Shown piece by piece: positions 39,615 through 64,000 of a DNA stretch of 64,000 nt (positions within the stretch are counted from its first letter, which is position 1; each line of letters opens with the position of its first letter). The stretch comes from Dehalococcoidia bacterium (lineage in GTDB: Bacteria > Chloroflexota > Dehalococcoidia > UBA2979): contig OZ244720.1 in the NCBI GenBank assembly GCA_965219085.1, positions 1,824,001 to 1,888,000 on the forward strand, given 5' to 3'. The notes below the pieces were generated by a model, which did no database searches, was not told the DNA's origin, and saw nothing but the letters and a program-made list of their open reading frames with translations. Made by a program: the position numbers and the translations under genes.

Positions 39615-40818
39615 GGAGTTCGCCCTCGACGGCGAGGGAGCTTTGCAGCTTCTTCGCCACCAGCTTGAGGGCGTCCGCCTGGAGGGTGTTCCGGTAGGCC
39701 ATGAAGACGACCTGCACGGGCTGCGTCTGACCCACTCGTCACGAGCGCCGTGACGCTGCCGCATCGTGTAGACGCTGTAATCCGTCTCGTACCAAGCGAT
39801 CGTCGGGAACTCCACGAGGTCGAGGCCCGTCTGCGCGAGCCGGGGGTGGCAGACGAGCACGTCCACGCCCTCCTCGACGCGCTTCGCTACCCACGCCTCG
39901 CGGCGCTCCGGCGGCACCGCGTCGGCCTTCATCAACGCGACCCGGAAGCCGTGCCTGCCCAGAAAATCCTCCATCCGCCCGGTGATGTCGCGCGTGCCCG
40001 TGTGCGTGGCGTAGACGAGCACGCGGCGGCCTTGCAGCCGCTCGGCGGCGGCGACGAGGTCGACGAGCGCCCGCTCCTTGGGGTAGAGCCTGTCCTCGGG
40101 GAGCGGCGGCACTTGCACGAGCAGCTCCTCGCTCTCCGGATCGAAGACCGTCTCGCCCTGCGTGAGCCGTCGGGGTAGGCGAGCAGCGTCTGCAGGTAGG
40201 TGGCGAGCGGACGCCTGGAGCCCTTCGAGAGCGCGTCGGCGAGCGCCGCCCTGAGCGTCCCGAACAGCTCGTCGTAGCCCGAGCGCCGCGAGAGCCCGTT
40301 CCCGTCGGCTTCGGTGTCCATCGAGGAGAGCAGCACGCGCTCCTCATAGGGCGGGAGCCCCGACGCCACATCGGACAACCGTAGGAAGACCGAGTTGCCG
40401 ATGAGGTGGAAGAGCGCGGCGGGGGCGAGCCCCGGGCGCTCGCGCACGACCTTGCGGTAGCGCTTGCGGCGGCTCGTGCGCCCGTCCTCGAAGGAGTCCG
40501 GGTCGTCGCACCCGATGGTGTGCTCGACGAAGCCGTAGCACTCGATCCAGCGGCCTTCTTCCGCCCGCCCGAACTCCCCCCGGATCTCCGGGCTGAACCG
40601 ATAGAGGAGATGGAAGAGCGTCGAGGAGTAGCCACCCATGAGGGTGCCCGAGAGGCTAAGCTAAGCGACTTGGCGCAGGCGTCGGCGAGGACGCCGGCGG
40701 CGATGCCTGGGCGGAGCCGCGCGCCTTGAACTCGTGCACCTCGTCGCCGATCAGCAGCTCGAAGAAGCCCCGCAGGCGGTGCTTCACGTAGTCGCTGAGC
40801 GGGTAGCGCTTCGGGCCC
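39615..40818 (-). pseudogene. SNF2/DEAD-like helicase fragment B (several frameshifts)
   Basis: LLIGDEVHEFK, MGGYSSTLF, QTGLDL, WYETDYSVYTMRQ. Confidence 0.8.
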
Positions 40819-40873
40819 GTGCGACCCGCGCTTGCCCATGGAGGAGCGCTCGCGGAAGTTGTCGAGCTCGATC
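40816..40873 (-). pseudogene. Short remnant of a second large serine recombinase
   Basis: ARIGKIELDNFRERSSMGKRG resembles the alpha-E helix of serine recombinases. Confidence 0.5.
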
Positions 40874-42714
40874 TTGCCGATCCGCGCCGCGGTCAGATCA
40901 CCGTCGCCGCCGGGGTTACCTTCGACACCGCGACGACAGACACGTACAGCGTCACGGTCGAGGCCGATGACGCGAACGGCGGTAGCGCGACCGTCGAGGT
41001 GACCATCACCGTCACGGCCGGCCCGACGGAACCACCGATCATCGTCGCAGGTGGGGGCGGTGGCGGCGGTGGGCCCTCGGGACCCAGCCCCAGCAGCGTG
41101 GACTTCGAGTGGACCGTGAAGCTCGACATCGAGGCGCTGGACAGCGGCCACGACAAGCCGACCGGGATGTGGTCGGACCGGACGACCCTCTGGCTCCTCG
41201 ACAACCCAGACGGCGCTGGCGACGCCGTCTACGCCTACGACCTCGACAGCGGCGAACGCGTCGAGGAGCGTGAGTTCGCACTCGATGGGACGAATCGCGC
41301 CCCGCGGGGCATCTGGTCCGATGGCGAGACGCTGTGGGTCGCCGACAGCGGCCAGGACCGCCTCTTCGCGCACGATCTCGCCAGCGGCGAGCGGCTACGG
41401 GACCGCGACATCGTGCTCCACGAGGACAACGAGGACAGCCGCGGCATCTGGTCTCGCGACCGGATCATGTGGGTGCTCGACAGCCGCACGGATGCGCTGT
41501 TCGCCTACAACCTGACGTCCGGTGAACTCCTCGGCGAGTACGCCCTCGACGACACCAACGGCGACCCCCACGGTATCTGGTCGGATGGCGTCGGCGTCTG
41601 GGTCTCGGACCATGGGCGGAAGCGGCTTCTCGCCTACCGGCTGCCCGCGCTGCCGAATGAGCAAGAGCCCTCCGGCGAGGACATGTCACTCGAACGCGTC
41701 GGTGATGAGGACTTCAGGGAGCTGAGCGGCGCCAGCAACAACAGCCCGCGCGGCATCTGGTCCGACGGCGACGTCATGTACGTGGCCGACGCCAGCGACG
41801 ACAGGGTCTACAGCTACAACATGCCCGACGCGATCGACGCGCGCCTCGCCTCGCTCACCCTGAGCGGCATCGAGATCGGGGCGTTCGATCCCGGCCGCGA
41901 GGAGTACGAGGGGGTCGTCGCCGAGGGCGTGACCGAGACCGTCGTGACAGCGGAGGCGATGCAGCGCGGCACGGATGTCGCCATCGACCCGCCCGACGCC
42001 GACGAGGAGGCGGACGGCCACCAGGTAGCGCTGGAGGGCCTCGGCGAGATCACGGTCACCGTCACCTCGGCCGACGGCAGCCGCACGAAGAGCTACCGCG
42101 TGGCCTTCGGCGACGCCGGACAGGAACCGACCCCCGAGCCGTGGGCACACTGCCTGCGCGGCGACATCGCCGAGGGCTTCAGCCTCGTCGTCTCCGAGGG
42201 CGGCAGCGTCGAGGACCTCGTGGCCTGCGCGGAGAGCCGGGATGTCGTGACCCTCTACGCGCTGCACGAGGGTGTCTACGTCTCCTACATCCTCGGAGCG
42301 CCGGAGTGGGTGAACGCGGGCTTCGCCGGGCTGTTCGCCGGTGGCGTTCCCCCGTTCACGCCGCTGACCGTCCAGAGCGGCGGATCGCCTTCAGCCGACC
42401 CGAACCGCGGCGACGGCGCCCTGCTGCCGGGGCCGGAGTGCCTGCACGGCGAGATCGCCGAGGGCTTCAGCCTCCTCGTCTCCGAGGGCGGCAGCGTCGA
42501 GGAGCTCGTGGCCTGCGCGGAGAGCCTGCACATCACGGCCCTCTACGACCTGCAGGACGGAGAGTGGGTCTCCTACATCCTCGGCGCTCCGGAGTGGGTG
42601 AACGAGGGCTTTGCCGAGCTGTTCCCGGACGGCATTTCACCCATCACCCCATTGGTCGCCAAGGGGCCCGTGCCTACGGCCGATGCGACTCAAGCCGGCG
42701 CGGCAAGCCGGTAG
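40819..42714 (+). CDS. 5'-truncated paralog of the giant adhesin (cadherin tail, beta-propeller, cadherin-like sandwich, two CLxG repeats)
   Basis: GGGGGG-PSPS-VDFEW, GIWSDG repeats, DAIDARLASLTLSG, HCLRGDIAEG; no signal peptide. Confidence 0.75.
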   Translation: MRPALAHGGALAEVVELDLADPRRGQITVAAGVTFDTATTDTYSVTVEADDANGGSATVEVTITVTAGPTEPPIIVAGGGGGGGGPSGPSPSSVDFEWTVKLDIEALDSGHDKPTGMWSDRTTLWLLDNPDGAGDAVYAYDLDSGERVEEREFALDGTNRAPRGIWSDGETLWVADSGQDRLFAHDLASGERLRDRDIVLHEDNEDSRGIWSRDRIMWVLDSRTDALFAYNLTSGELLGEYALDDTNGDPHGIWSDGVGVWVSDHGRKRLLAYRLPALPNEQEPSGEDMSLERVGDEDFRELSGASNNSPRGIWSDGDVMYVADASDDRVYSYNMPDAIDARLASLTLSGIEIGAFDPGREEYEGVVAEGVTETVVTAEAMQRGTDVAIDPPDADEEADGHQVALEGLGEITVTVTSADGSRTKSYRVAFGDAGQEPTPEPWAHCLRGDIAEGFSLVVSEGGSVEDLVACAESRDVVTLYALHEGVYVSYILGAPEWVNAGFAGLFAGGVPPFTPLTVQSGGSPSADPNRGDGALLPGPECLHGEIAEGFSLLVSEGGSVEELVACAESLHITALYDLQDGEWVSYILGAPEWVNEGFAELFPDGISPITPLVAKGPVPTADATQAGAASR

Positions 42715-42845
42715 ACATTGGGGTCTGTAGCGGCGCCACTCGGTGCTTGAGTGGGTCATGTCCGAAACGAACCCTCACTGAAGCGACGGCAAGCTCGCAG
42801 CCCACGAGTAGCGCAGCGTTTGGTGTTGATTGAAAAACTGGCAAC

Positions 42846-43020
42846 TCCGTCTCGAACCACACGATCGTCGGGGAGTCGACGACGTCCAGGCCCGTCTGCA
42901 CGAGCCTGGGATGGCAGACGAGGACGTCGGCGCCTTCCTCGACCCGCTTCGCCACCCACGCCTCGCGGGCGCTCGGGCGGCACGGCGTCGGCCTTCATGA
43001 CCGCGACCCTGAAGCCGTGT
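42846..43020 (-). pseudogene. Helicase fragment C
   Basis: HGFRVAVMKADAVPPE...LVQTGLDVVDSPTIVWFET. Confidence 0.75.
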
Positions 43021-43028
43021 GTTCCGAT

Positions 43029-43380
43029 TGTCGACGTTCAGCGACTTTGTCTGCTTAACGGTTCAGCGAAAATATCCTCTCGCGTTTGATCGCTACCCGG
43101 TAGATGATGCCGCACCCTGGCGCCCGGGTGGGCCGCCGGCGCGGATATAGGCGCCGACGGTGTCGCGGGAGATGCCCAGCACTCGGGCGGTGGCGCGCAT
43201 CGAGAGTCCCTGCAGTTGTGCCTGGCGGATGGCCTTCCAGCGCGCCTGCTGCCGCGGGGTGGGCGGGTGCGGCGGCTTGACCCGGGCCTGCGGCGAGGCG
43301 CCGTGTGCGACGAGTCCGTAGCCGCCGTTTGGCGCGGGCTGCGCAAGGTCGAGCGGGCCATCGGCGACCTGCAGGCAACA
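43029..43380 (-). mobile_element. Right-end remnant of an ISNCY/IS481-like element
   Basis: HTH GLSMRATARVLGISRDTV followed by repeated TCGCTGAAC boxes and terminal ACA. Confidence 0.55.
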
Positions 43381-43595
43381 CTCGGTGATCGACGACGGTG
43401 AGGGGGGTCGCGGTAGGATAGGGAGCAGGCGCGCGCCCGGAGGATCAGCTATGACCACAACCGTGAAAGCCACTTACGCCAACGGCGTGCTGACGCCCGA
43501 GGAGCCCCTCGACCTCATGGAAGGTGAGAGGGTGACGGTGTCGATCGAAGGCGCGCCGCCGACGAGTGGAGGGCTGGGCGCGATCGTCGAGGCGG

Positions 43596-64000
<20,405 letters not shown>

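Overview
High-GC bacterial window, probably Chloroflexota/Dehalococcoidia-like (inferred from gene content and the DnaN C-terminus PMFVQW; not verified). Bases 1-21082 are core chromosome: ribD-ribE-ribBA-ribH, dinB, a tetrapyrrole cluster (HTH regulator, sirC/met8, hemA, hemC, cobA-hemD, hemB, HAD, hemL), an amino-acid ABC binding protein and dnaN, with two toxin-antitoxin pairs and a few orphans inserted. From about 21057 a genomic island begins at the dnaN 3' end, where a large serine recombinase overlaps dnaN tail-to-tail, and it runs off the window edge. The island holds repeat-delimited small genes, two tandem-repeat arrays next to an AT-rich patch (origin/partition-like), several broken SNF2-like helicase copies and a >6790-aa modular adhesin with an inverted paralogous fragment. 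It also holds nested mobile elements: IS3 in a thermonuclease gene, IS110 in IS481, and an RT-deleted group II intron in an IS1111 in IS5. The most striking observation is that all three IS110-family elements have non-coding ends with bridge-RNA-like guide segments matching their own junctions, and two appear aimed at conserved codons of other transposases (IS481 TDN, IS5 SLKS). The guide matches are short and were read by eye.
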